Below, piece by piece: positions 51,131-64,000 of a stretch of 64,000 nt of DNA. The position numbers were made by a program, and so were the translations under genes. Source of the stretch: Gnetum montanum. Taxonomy: Eukaryota > Plantae > Gnetophyta. The stretch's first letter is position 1. Every line of letters starts with the position of its first letter. Location of the stretch: positions 161,468-225,467 of the forward strand of contig MNCI01003240.1 of assembly GCA_015680685.1 (NCBI GenBank), read 5' to 3'. A model generated the notes under the pieces. The model was not told the origin of the DNA, did no database searches, and saw nothing but the letters and a program-made list of their open reading frames with translations.

Positions 51131-54100
51131 TTAACTAAAAGAAATTTACCTTATTAGACTAAACCAAACCCACAAATCAAAGGAAAGCCAAAGAGCAATT
51201 ACATTTTATCCCTACAAGAAGTGGGAAAACCATTGAACCTATGCATATTAAGAAAGTTATATTTAAATATAAATTTTAAGAGGCACAAAGAGAGCATCAG
51301 TCATATGAAACACTTGTATTGGAAAAGGAAGGAAGTAAAGAACCATTGAACAAAGGAGAATAGCCTTCAACATCTCCATCATCCTTAAATAGAAAGATAA
51401 ATTCACCACCATTCCCTAGATGTCTGTAAGAATAATTTTTCACTAAGGCACATATGAAGAAAATGTTTAAAGAATTATATTTACATATTATCCTTGAGCA
51501 TGTTGTAAAGAATACACCAATTTATGCCAAATATTTGAGGGAATTAAGTACAAAAAGAAGGAAAGAAGAGATCCCTAGACAAGTATATTTGGTTGATAAC
51601 TTATCTTAACTCATAAAAAGTTGTGAAATTCCAAAATACCAAGATTCGGGAGTTCCAAATATTCCCATAAAAATTAATGGAAAGTGTCTTAAAAATGACT
51701 TATTAGATTAGGTGCTAGAATTAATATCATGCCACGTATAATGGCTAAGACACTAGACTTGGAAAATATCAAGAGAGTAAACATGTCAATATCCTTAGTG
51801 GATGGCTCAACTGTTAAACCTATAGGAGTAGTAGAAGATTTAATAATGGAAGTAGAATAGGAAAAATACCCCATGGATTTTGTTGTGTTAAAAGTAAAAG
51901 ATCCAAATTATTTTTCAATTATTCTAGAAAAACCCTAATTAGCAACAACCAATGCAATTATCAGTTGTAGATCGAGGTAACTCTAGTTAACCTTTGCCAA
52001 TCTCACATTTACGCTTAATATATTTCATAAAGCAAAGTAGGATAGAATAAATCAAGATATTAAAGAAGCTAGGATGCTTTATACAATACCAACATCTATC
52101 ATGGCTATGGATAGGGAAATATTAGCTCTCAATAATTTTGAGGAGGGATCCTTAGATTCTTCCACAATAGAACTTCTTGGATCAAATTTTAAATTTGGGA
52201 TCAGGAAGTATCAAAGATACCATTCAACTACCAATTAATGATTCTCTAGAAATTTTTGAACTACCTAAAACCCTTAAGTACATTTTCCTTGATGAAAATA
52301 AACCATTAATAATAAATTTTCATCTATCCAACAATCAAAAAAATAAATTAATTAAGTTTTTAAAAAGAAAATCCAAGGCATTTGCATGAAGCTATGAGGA
52401 TCTCCACTAGGGAATTTCATACAACATATGACAACATTATATTTATCTAGAAGACAATGTTAAACTAGTTAGAATTCATCCTAGATGAATCAATCCAACC
52501 TTGAGGAAAATCATTAAAGATGAAATTTCTCAACTTGGGAAGGAAGGAATTATTTATCTAATCATTGATAGTGAATGGATGAGCCCTATCATGGCAGTAC
52601 CCAAAAAGGGAGGGAAATGGTAAGTTTGTGTAGATTATAGAAAACTTAATCAAAGCACTAAAAAACATCATTTTCCTCTACCATATATAGATTAGATTTT
52701 GGAAAGATTAGAAGGGAATGTATATTATTATTTTTTGGATGGGTTTAGTGGTTACAATCAAATAGTTATTGCACCAGAAGATCAACATAAAATAGCTTTT
52801 ACATACCCATATGGTACCTTCACCTATAGATGAATGATGATTAGTCTTTGTAATGCACTTGCTATCTTTCAAAGAACAATGATATCAGTATTTTCTGATA
52901 TATTAGAGGAGTACATGGATGACTTTTCATTATATGGAGATACATATGAACAAAAATTAGATCAATTAGAATATGTCTTGGATAGATATATAGATAAAAA
53001 CTATTAAGTTAGGAAAATATTCATTTAATGATAACAAGTACTGTCATTTTATGATATGTAATCTCTATGGAAGAAATTAAAATGGATGATGAAAAAGTAA
53101 ATATGATTTCTATACTTTCAGCCCCAAGCAATTTAAAAATACTTTGGTCTTTCTTAGGTCATGTCAAATATTATAGATGCTTTATTAAGGATTTATTAAG
53201 TATTACTAAACCTCTTTAACATTGGAGAAAGATGTTCCCTTTACATGATATGGAGATTGACAAAAAGCATTCTCTAAACTTAAGGAAAGAGTAACTACTA
53301 CTCCAAGTTCTTAATTCACCTAATTGGAACTTTCCTTTGACTTAATATGTGATGCTAGTGACATAGCTATTAGGGTAGGTTTTGGCCAACACATAGAAAA
53401 TAAGCCTAGTGTAATTTACTATGTTTCGAAAATTTTAGATCAAGCTTAAGTAAACTACACAACTATAGAAAAGAAACTTTTGGCAATTGTATATGCACTG
53501 GATAAGTTTAGACATTATTTAAAAGGATACAAAACTAGGGTATTCACTAATCATTCAGCCATAAAATTTATAGCTAATAAAAAATAACAAACTGCTAAGA
53601 TTATGTGGTGATGTCTTTTACTCCAAGAATTTGATTTAGAAATTCTAGATAAAAGGGGGAGAGAAAATGTTATGGAAGATAATATTTCTAGAGTAGAAAC
53701 TCTAGAAGAACATAGGATAGGAGGATTGTTTAATGATAACTTCCTATAACAACTCTTTTTAGTAAAAAATGATCTATGGTTTATAGATATAGCAAACTAC
53801 TTAGGCATAATGAAAGCACCAACTTAATGGAGTAAGAAGGAAAAGAAATCATTTCTAAAAAGTATCTTAAAGTATATTTTGAATGAACCATATCTCTATT
53901 GAATATGTAGAGATGAAGTGTTAAGAGGATGTGTTGTAGAAAAGGAACAACAAGAAATCCTCTGGATGTGTCATGATAACCTTAGAGGTGGACATATTAA
54001 TAGTGGTAGAATTGCTATAAAAATACTACAAAGTGGGTTTTATTAGTCCAAAATTTTTAAAGATTATTATATATATGTCCATAAATGTGACCAATATAAA

Positions 54101-55664
54101 TGCTTAAGGGAAATGACTAGGATACAAGAATTCCCACTTAATTCCATCTTAATAATAGAACCTTTAATGTATGCAATATAAAAATTTTAGAACCATTCCC
54201 ATATTCCAATGGATGCTAGTATATTTAATTATGTAAAGATTATGTTACCAAATGGTTAGAGGCTAAAGCTACTCAAAAAAATGATGTTAAGGTAGTTATA
54301 GCTTTCTTGAGAGAGCACATTTTGACATGATTTGGGACTCCATGTGTAATGATTAGTGATCAAGAGACTCATTTTGTAAATAAAATAATGGACAAATTTC
54401 TTCAGGCTTTTGGAATCCAACATAATATGGTCATTTCCTATCATACAAAAACTAATGATTAAATTGAAAATACTAATATAATCATTCTAAAGATCTTAAC
54501 AAAAATAATTTATACTAAAAATAAAGATTGGTCTAGAAAATTACAAGATGCACTTTGGGCTTATAAGATTACTTATAAACCAAACTTAGGATATTTAACT
54601 TATTAATTAATTTATGTTAAATAGTGTTTATTGCCTATTGGAATAAAATGCTGATGAATCATGATTCATTAGGCTTTGATAATGAACCTGTGATATTGGA
54701 TCCATGATATCAGGTATGCGATATCGTGACCTAAATAACGATATCAGATACATGATATCATGATTCCTGTGCAAGCCTATAATTACACCCTTAGGCACAT
54801 AGGAGAAGAAGTTTAGCAAGTAGTCTAGTTAGAAGTTAGTTTTCATTTTTAGTTCTTCTCAACCCTTTCCCCCAGTGCATGCCCGCAGTGTGATGATTGT
54901 AATTGTACAACACCTTTATTCGAGTGTGACATACTTGGACATGTACATGACTAGAAATTAAGATCGAGATTACTTCAACATTGTAGCATTCACTTAGTTT
55001 AATTATTTACTTATTTTATTAATTAATACTTCTTTACCCTCAACTCTTATCCCTATTACTAAACGTGGAATGAGTACAACTTAATCACAAGCATTTAAGT
55101 GTGACTACTTGGTATCCCAATAGCATACCTAGGATATGTGCTTGGTAATCCTAGTAGTATTTGTACACGAGGTTCAAGATATGTACATATGAGTAAGGAA
55201 TGGATGCTCATCACACTTAGGCTAGCTTATATTCTCTTCCCCTATGTCCTATTAGTTAGACTCTCTCTCTCTCACTTTCTCCTAGCTTAATTAAAGTTAT
55301 TTTCCATTGCTTGTAGGAGTAGCGCTAGTTTAGGAACACATCATACACCTCACTCTAGACTAAACCATATGTGACAAAGAAAATATTAGTCTAGGTGGGA
55401 AGATAGCGAACTGCAATCAATGAGTAACTATCTAGATACCACAACTAGCTTGTCTACAAAGTTCGATTGAATCATGCATGAAATGCTCATATTTGTATGG
55501 TTGAGTTTAGGGGTACCTAGCCACTCATCATTGGCACCATTGTCAGGGATGATGCTAGTTATTTAGATTAGTTATATCATACAAGCTTGCTATAACAAAG
55601 TATTCATGATATATATCTTAGAAAAGAAATTAATTTTATTTAAGTCACACAAAAATTTACAACC

Positions 55665-57573
55665 ATGTCTCTCTCACAAGACTATGATAATGCAACAACT
55701 AGTAAGGGAATTCATTGGAGAACCAATGAATTATATGATGATGAAGATGAAGTTTGGAGTACTCAATCTGATGTAGGGGTCTCCTATGAACGTAAACAAA
55801 GACAACATTGTCCCAACTCACAAATGCATAACCTACCTAGTGACGATGAACCCCTACAAGCCACGATGAGCCTAATGTAGATACAAGAGGCTATTCGAAT
55901 ATCCCGTAGGCATCGCAAGGAAAGCCATCTACCCAAGCTTGATTTAAATTTTTTTTTTCAAATTCTTAGGAGGTTAAGATTTGGATCCACAACATCATCT
56001 ACAAGCCTTCCATGATGTCTATGCATGGAACAATATTGATAATGGGTGGAAAAAACTTAAGCTCTTTTCTACAACAATCGTTGGCCAAGAAAAAGTATGG
56101 TATAGGTCCCTAAAACCAAAATCAATTTGATGTTGGCCAACAATGGTAGAACACTTTAATGAAAGATATCAAACTTATGTGAGAGTGTTAGCCTTGAATA
56201 GACAAATCCAAGAGTGGAAACAAGCGTAACAAGAACCCTTGGACATGGCCTTAGAAAGATATTATGGATTGTTAAACAACTGCCAAAGCCATGGGTTCTC
56301 TGAGGAAAGGCTAATGTGCCATATCATAGATGGGCTTCATAATGAAATAAGGGAAACCTTAGGGATGTATTCCTGAGAACAACTATATGAGCTATGAACC
56401 CACCAATTTCAAGAGCTTATTAAGTGCGTAGAAAAAGAAGAAGGAGAAATGGCTAGATGGGAGAATGTTGAAAAATCTCAATGGGACCAAAATCTTCAAT
56501 CAACAAGGGCCTATGATTATGCAGAGGAGAAATCAACTCATCTCAAGGAGTTGGAGACATCTTTGTCAACATTGGAATCATTAAATGAAATTGAGGAAAA
56601 GATCAATAAAATGATGGAATGGATACATGAAAAATGTGGAGAATGTGCCAACATTGTTGGAGGTAGAGTTATGACGAACCGAGAAGTAGGACAAAATACC
56701 ACTAGATAATCGAAAAGAAGGGTAGAAGAGAATAAGAACTTAACTTCCAATCATACGTATCAAGGCAAAATTTTCCTATATGATCACGCCAAGGGCTAGT
56801 GCCCAATCTTGTTACATTTACATGACCATTGGGAATGATTGTTACATCTAGAGTTCATACAGAAATACTATTTTCGCTCATAGTTGCAACAATCCCAATC
56901 ATGGGGGAGGCCACCCCCAAACTAGTCATACCCTTCATACTATCCGAACCCAAATGCTTATCAAGTTCAACATCTTGATTCCCCCATCGGGTCAACATCC
57001 TCTATCTCAGCACATTATCATCCTCCTCCTCAATACCATCAACCCATATCCTCTCCAACAGGACCATCACCTCATGTGTTCTACACTCCTCAATTTCAAT
57101 ATTCTCATTCTTCACCTCCTTCTATATTGCCACCAATTATACCCAAAGGATTTGCACCACAATAGCAACCCATAAACGTTACTTGTGCTACTACTGCTAA
57201 TAGTAGTGGGAAACCTCCACAACATTGAAGGTGTCCCTTCTTTAGACATGACCATAATAAGGGATAGCATAGTTTCGAGACCACTACATCCTCCAACTCA
57301 GCACAAGTTCAACATTGTGGTGCATCTTTCTTCTTTAACCCAATGCCTCGTGTTATCTTATTAGGGCCACTAATCACTACTCCAACAACCATATGACCCA
57401 ATGAATATAGCCATGTAGGGAGACATATCAATCCTTGCATACCATCTTACAATCACATGTGTCATAGTGGGTGAACTCCTTATCAATCAACCACATCTTA
57501 TAACTTGCCCCACTATGTCAACATTAATCAAGTATGTGAACCCCAGTTTGGGTGCATTCTAACCACCACATAA
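55665..57573 (+). pseudogene. gag: Athila-like gag, degenerate
   Basis: MSLSQ start; DLDPQHHLQAFHDV..WNNIDNGWKKLKLF...WYRSLKPKSI; homologous to 29006-31334. Confidence 0.8.
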
Positions 57574-58516
57574 AAAGACACCTAGTGGTTTGGGTATGAT
57601 CAGGTCCCAATATTACCAACATGCAAGGATCCCAACCTTCCATTTATTAATCCTAGCCATGCTTAACTATTTAGTTATGGGGGGTATCCTCCATTCTAAC
57701 AAGTAGGATTAATAAATGTTTTTTCTTTTCTTTAGTTTTAAAATTTTTTGTTTTCCAATTTTTCATTTTTCAATTTATTGTTTTATCTTTTTATCTTTAT
57801 ATCTTTTTATAAGTAATCTTACGTACGAATAAAGCACTTATGTGACTCGTTGGTTTAGGTGTTTTTCTCTATTATCAAGTCTCACGTGACTAATTATTTG
57901 GATAGTGAGCCCACAACATCCACTCATCCATTCTATTAATAAGAATGGACCTCTTATTAATATCAGGGCTGTGCTATCGGGTACGTGATGTCATGTGCAC
58001 AAAAACTATATATATGGACCCCCTTGTGCATGTCAACATCATTCTCAACTGTTCACATGGGGGAGTTTTTCAAATTTTCTTCCATGAATTACGACTTGCG
58101 CACCTCTTAGTCTACCAGCCATAGCTCACTCGCTAGTGCTCCGATTCTCATTTCGGTTGAACCTACCTCAACCTAGAGTGTTTAGCTTAGTCATGAGGGA
58201 GGGGTACACTACAAATTATGCATAAATTTTTCAAAATTCGTCATTTCCTGAAAGATACTATAAAGGGTAATTAATTATAAAAATGATAAACATGTTTCCA
58301 AAAACAATCTTACCTCCTCACCTATACTGGGAAAATAAAATTTTGAAGCCACCTAATCAAATTGGGCCTAACATTAAAAATTTTAGGGGACATTTTCACA
58401 AAATTTCTTAACTATGAATCACATGGAATAAGAGACAAATTCATTAAGGCAAGAAGTAAGGTATAACTTAACTTTTGTAAACAAACTTACTAATGATTGG
58501 CCCCATGTGATTGCAG

Positions 58517-61271
58517 ATGGCCCCTAAATGTGGATAACAAGAAGGACCCTCTCAAGGTGTGTCCAAGCAACCAAAAAGAGGTAGAGGTGAGGCATCTCTT
58601 GAGAAATGTGCAGAGTAGAAGTCATAATCATTTAGCATCCATTAAGAGACTCCTACTACTGTGCAATCAGGATAGGCAGAAGGAGGAGCTCCTGAAGTGC
58701 TCAAATAGGGACAACACCTCACATTGTTCCCGGAGTATGTTCAGGCCATCCATGAAAAGTACACGTCAGTAGCAGTTATTGTGGAATTGAATTTTAGACC
58801 TTTCACAAATTTTTCTCCTAAGGCTATTAGGGACCAACTCAAAGGGTTCCCATTAGGGCCTATCCTCTCTAAAAGTGGTGCCTGGTACTTAGGAGAAACG
58901 TACCAATTTTGGCACAATAAAGAAGAAGGCACCATAGTTGATATAGGTGGTGTATCTGTAGATTTTTTTACCAAGGCCATTTCAGAAGTCTTAAACCTTT
59001 TGAATACAGGGCCAAAAGTTGCTCACTTGCCCACTCGCTTTGATGTTGATGCACAAAGAATTTGGTTGAAAAGGATGTATGGCAAGGAGGACAAGACATA
59101 TGGAGAGTTGATGTTGGAACAGAGAATATACTTTAAGATTTGCACTTATCACATCTTCCCCATGAAAGGATTAAACAAAATCTCAAGCTATGCAGTAAGA
59201 GGACATGAAATATTGATGGGTAAGGTTAATGCTAACCTTCCCCATTTGTATCTCATGGAGATCTTAAGGTAGTTTGAAGAATGCAAGATAGGGAAGTTCA
59301 CGTTGCCGTTCCCTTGTCTCATTAGGAAGCTGTGAAAGCATGCTGGAATTTTGGGGTACACAAATGACGTCCCCAGAAGAGCACAAAATGCTTTGTTTGC
59401 TAAATTGCTGAAGCCACCAACTCCAATGAAAAGTGTTGGTGAGACACTAGAGCCAGAGCAAGAATAGACAACTCCCAAGCACAAGACCTAATCAACAACA
59501 AGAAGCAGGGCCCAACACTAGCCAATGAGACCAACCACTACCATTGTTGCAGGATTATCAACCATCGATGAGCCATCTCAAGGCCATTGCTGAGATGGTC
59601 AGTTGGGGAAGTCATGATGATGCTAATCTCTTTCATGTCATTGAAGACATTGTATGGCCCACATTTTCCATAGATCGTGCATGGGGTGAAGTGTCCATCC
59701 AAAGAGGAGGAGGGGAGACACATTGGTCATAACAGATTTTAGGAAATGTTACATCTTTCCAAGTACAATTAGAAATCGGTGAAGGGGCCACAGTATTGGT
59801 CATGAAGCGCCAAGATGCAGTGGGAGCCATAAAATTGATCAAAAACCATATCAAAGATTCCTTCAATGTCCTTGTTGTGCTATTGGTATATTTCATAGGA
59901 GCACACAATGCTCAAACTCTGGCCGATCCCTTGATGACTCCTATAGAACATGAGGATGTCTTTTACTAGTTGTTGTAGATAGGACAAGTAAAGACATCCT
60001 TTTTTGACATCCCACAAGATGTCACAACAACTCAATTAGACCTCATCTCCATCAAGGGGAAGTTGTTCATGGTAGAGATCAAGGCCAAGCATGTGGAGAT
60101 GGAGTTGGAAAGACTCCAAGAGAGGCTCATCACCTTGCAAGATGCATAGCGGGACCCATCTCAATTCATTCCCATAGACCAACTAGATTATTTTAGAATG
60201 GAGTAACTCAATAAATTATTGGTGGATAATAAAAAAGTGGTAAAGGAGAAGGAGAAGGCCAATTGGGATGCTTCCAAGGCATAAGTGCAACCATACGTGC
60301 ACGTCAAAGCACTCAAGGCCTTACAGGAACAGAATAAACAACTTGCCACTAACAATCTTCGGCTGACCACTATGGAGAAATAGAAGAATGTTCTCAAAGA
60401 AAATTTTTAGCAGTTACAAGATTAGCTAGTCAGGGTTAACCAAGACATGAATTGCTTGGCTAGAGAGATTTTAACCCTCTCAATGGAGGAGGTACATGAA
60501 ATCCATCAGAAGACAACCATTGAAATAAGCATGTGGTAAAATGAGGCCAAGCGATACAAAAAATTAAAAGAGAATTTTAGAGATTAGGTGGGGAAGTACA
60601 AGAAAATCATTGAGAAATAGATCCATATGGCCAAGGCCCACATTAACACCTTTAGTGCTTAGCACACTAATTGGCGAGCCATATTGGACATATATGCATT
60701 CATCCACCAAGCAAAGCTCAAAAGTTGGGACCTACAAATTCAAGATCTTATAGAGTACATGGAACTAGAAAACCTTCAATATGCCAATCTAGCCATGTTG
60801 ATAGCAGGATTCCTGAGAATATAGCTAGAAAAGGAATTAGGTACCACCTACATCAAATATGAAACACAATTTGTGGAGCACAAGAAAACATTGCAAAGGT
60901 TAAAAGTCATAAATTTTGAATTGGAGGTGGTCAAGGCTAGCTACTAGGGGTAGAAAGATGTCATGAAAGACTTGGCTCGATGGCTTATAGATCTCCAAGG
61001 GTACAAGGATAAAGCTTGAGCCTATGAGGAGGAACAACAGTTGTTTGCAACCTGGTATGTCAAAGCAAATTAGATGTTCCCGCAACTACCATGTCCATGG
61101 GAAGTGCCAACTCCATGAAACATTGGAGCATCATCATGGATGGCATAGGACCCCCAAACTAAAGAGGAAAAGCTCTAGGCACCCCTTTAAAGCCATAAAA
61201 TTCCAAAACCTAGAGCACAAGACAAGGGAAAGTGACCCATGGAGGAGCCACCGCCACCTGGAATCACATGA
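58517..61271 (+). pseudogene. ORF2 (Athila env-like / plant transposon protein domain + coiled coil), degenerate, ~900 codons
   Basis: The ATG (MAPK...) is in frame with ORF 58724-59272. Contains GTIVDIGGVSVDFFTKAISEVL and TLPFPCLIRKL, with a heptad-rich C-terminal half. Confidence 0.78.
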
Positions 61272-63119
61272 GTTCCAATAAAATTTTGCAATTTTATAAT
61301 TTTATGTTTGTGTCCCAATTTTGTTGTATTTAATTCTCCACTAAGGCATGAATAAATTCCTAGTTAGTCAATACTCCCATACCTATCCACTATGTAATCA
61401 ATGGGGCTTGCTCTCATTTTGTTCTCCTCGAGGATGAGTTTTCATTCAGTCATGGGGGTATGATGAATCATGATTCATTAGGATCTGATAATGAACCTGC
61501 GATATCAGATCCATGATATCAGGTATGCAATATCACAACCTAAATAACGATATCAGGTACACGATATAATGATTCCTGTGCAGGCCTATAAATACACCCT
61601 TAGGCACATAGGAGAAGAAGTTTAGCAAGTAGTCTAGTTAGGAGTTAGTTTTCATTTTTAGTTCCTCTCAACCCTTTCCCCCAGTGAATGCCCGCAGTGT
61701 GATGATTGTAATTGTACAACATCTTTATTCGAGTGTGACATACTTGGACATGTACATGACCAGAAATAAAGATCAAGATTACTTCAACATTGTAGCATTC
61801 ACTTAGTTTAATTATTTAATTATTTTATTAATTAATACTTCTTTACCCTCAACTCTTATCCCTATTACTAAACGCGTAATGAGTACGACTTAATCACAAG
61901 CATTTAAGTGTGACTACTTGGTATCCCAGTAGCATACCTAGGATATGTGCTTGGTAATACTAGTAGTATTTGTACACAAGGTCCAAGATGTGTACATATG
62001 AGTAAGGAATGGATGCTCATTGCACTTAGGCTAGCTTAGATTCTCTTCCCCTATGTCCTATTAGTTAGACTCTCTCTCTCTTACCTTCTCTTAGCTTAAT
62101 TAAAGTTATTTTCCATTGCCTATAGGAGTAGCACTAGTTTAGGAACACATCATACACCTCACTCTAGACTAAACCATACGTGACAAAGTAAATACTAGTC
62201 TAGATGGGAAGATAGCGAACTACAATCAATGAGTAACTATCTAGATACCACAACTAGCTTGTCTGCAGAGTTCGACTGGATTGTGCATGAAATGCTCGTA
62301 TTTGTATGGTTGAGTGTAGGGGTACCTAGCCACTCATCAAATGCCAATCACTAAGATTAGCACATTAACTCAATTTGGATGAGGAAATGAATCAAGACTT
62401 TAGAATGACCCAACTACATGAGCTTGACAAAGTATGCATGCATGAAGTTGATGAACAAATAATAGTTAAGAAACAAATCAAGTGTATGCATGATAAAAAA
62501 ATACTAAAGAAGAATTTCTTAGAAGAAGATAAAGTGTTATTATATAATATGAGATTACATAAATTTATGGAGAAATTAACAACTCAGTGGAAAGGCCCAT
62601 ACCTAGTATTATAACCCCATAGCAATAATAGTGTCCTAATTGCACCCATAGAAGATCTATCTACCACACTCATAGTAAATGGTCAAAGACTTAAGCATTA
62701 CAATCAATATCAAATAGCAGAATCAGGAGAGGATGAGTTAGTACAATTAAGTGATCCTGATTATCCCATAGAGGAACCATGTGGTGAAAAATCTCAAGTA
62801 GAAATTAAATTTATAGAGAGTAATCTTAAGCAAGAACCTTATTCCATAATATAAAAATAATTAAGGGATAACCAATAGTATATAACTTTCATTTTGAAAA
62901 GTGTAAAGGATAATAGGAAGTTCTATTATTAGGTGGAATTATAACAAATTTAGTAGCATTATGTCTAGAATGCAAAGGAGAAGGACAACACCTCCTACCT
63001 TGAGATAGATCAATTTAAGTCCAAAATCCATCTAAGGGTGAGTCTTATAGTAATAAAAAAAATAAATTACATACAACAAACTCTAGTGTTTTCTAGAGAA
63101 CATTCCTTAGATACAAGTT

Positions 63120-64000
63120 TGATGAGTCAAGGAATGAAATAGATAAGTATAGGCTAATGTTTATAAGTGAATAGTTTCTATTGGTTACATAATTGGACCA
63201 TCAACGATAACAAATGCATGTTATATTTGGTCTAGAATCTAAGGTGGTAAAGTTGTCTAATGAAATAAGATCAGCACCGACATCAGAAATCCATATAATT
63301 GAAAAAATAAAAAATGAAATTGGCTCCCACAAGAATCTCATGATGGAAGTAAGTCGAGTATACATATTCTTTTAAAAAAAATAGTTTTGATGGAAAATAA
63401 AGAAAAAAATATTGAAAAGAAGAGTAAAATAAAGAGAAAATGGCCCCAAAAGAGCCTTCAACCATGAGCAAAGCCACACTCCCATAAGAATCTTATAGTT
63501 GGGTTGATTCTACAAGCTCACATTTCCAAGCATCCGATAAGAATCCCCTTCTATGAGCAAAGTGCTTATGGATGGAGCAGCAATCACAACTATGGATGCC
63601 ATCACTTTTGAGTTAGGATATTACATTGTACAAAACTCTATTGATTTATTCAAGTAAGCACTTGAATACCCTCACCTATAACCATTTCCCTTACTTGGCT
63701 TTACTATGTCTCTTAGCTTATGTTACTTCATATCCTTAGGAATGCTCTTCTTTTTTTCTTAAGCTTTTATTTGTTATTTTAATTAAGTATTTTTCATTTT
63801 TATTTTACTTCTCATTTTTTAATTGTATCCATCCATTATTCTTCAAACTACCAACTATCATATCCATAGGTAATTAAAACTCTTTAATTTTTTAATTATT
63901 TCCCAACATGTCTTCCATAGGAGTGAGATGTTGTGATTCATACTATGGTTAAGCACTATGGATACTAACAATTGGAAGATCCAAGTTTACCTATGGATTA
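63120..64000 (+). mobile_element. Probable further TGATGA-type LTR running off the window
   Basis: TGATGAGTC start, CTATAA box at ~63676 followed by a T-rich tract. It does not match the start at 47931. Confidence 0.35.

Larger units (their letters stand above)
54652..62339 (+). mobile_element. Complete non-autonomous Athila-like LTR retrotransposon (gag + ORF2, no pol)
   Basis: 879-bp LTRs at 54652-55530 and 61461-62339; TSD AATGC; PBS TGGCACCATTGTCAGGGA (55532-55549); PPT AGTCATGGGGGTA. Confidence 0.95.
51640..62710 (+). pseudogene. pol: Athila pol (PR-RT-RH-INT), degenerate; 51640-54651 plus 62340-62710, split by a nested element
   Basis: PR LLD(L)GARINIMP; RT VCVDYRKLN, LDGFSGYNQI, YMDDF; RH CDASD, NYTTIEKKLLAIVYALDKF; INT FGTPCVMISDQETHF. 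The C-terminus has DKVLLYNMRLHKF..KL..QWKGPY...VNGQRLKHY after 62340. Confidence 0.92.

Noticed and set aside
320-63477. Most short ORFs in the supplied track as real genes
   Set aside because: They are 60-180 aa fragments or antisense shadows of decayed TE ORFs. None forms an intact gene.
63120-64000. 3' LTR of the 47931 Athila element
   Set aside because: Its start does not match the putative 5' LTR and no PPT precedes it. Treated as a separate, uncertain insertion.

Overview
AT-rich land-plant heterochromatin, heavily eroded by C>T/G>A changes at CG and CHG. I find no intact host gene. The window is mostly a stack of nested transposons, several bounded by target-site duplications (TSDs) visible in the sequence. 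(1) An old minus-strand Tat-like Ty3/gypsy element (~1.6-16.5 kb) has its integrase split by a ~6.1-kb CACTA-like insertion (7827-13906, TTT TSD). That insertion carries an intronless CCR4/nocturnin-family deadenylase pseudogene, a 5S rRNA fragment and a solo LTR. (2) A pol-less SIRE/Sirevirus-like Copia element (gag + env-like; 16520-32802, minus) contains a solo LTR and a complete pol-less Athila-like element (23088-32349, TSD ATCCC). (3) A decayed plus-strand module at 35.3-39.9 kb encodes ParB-like, Ulp1 SUMO-protease and FCP1/NIF HAD-phosphatase domains, possibly preceded by a SWIM finger. (4) There are several further solo LTRs. (5) A decayed Athila gag-pol element (from ~47.9 kb) has its integrase interrupted by a second complete pol-less Athila-like element (54652-62339, TSD AATGC). 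The best candidates for something new are the transposon-associated 'eraser' enzymes: CCR4 in a CACTA-like element and the ParB-Ulp1-FCP1 module. All protein calls come from manual translation and motif recognition, without database searches.
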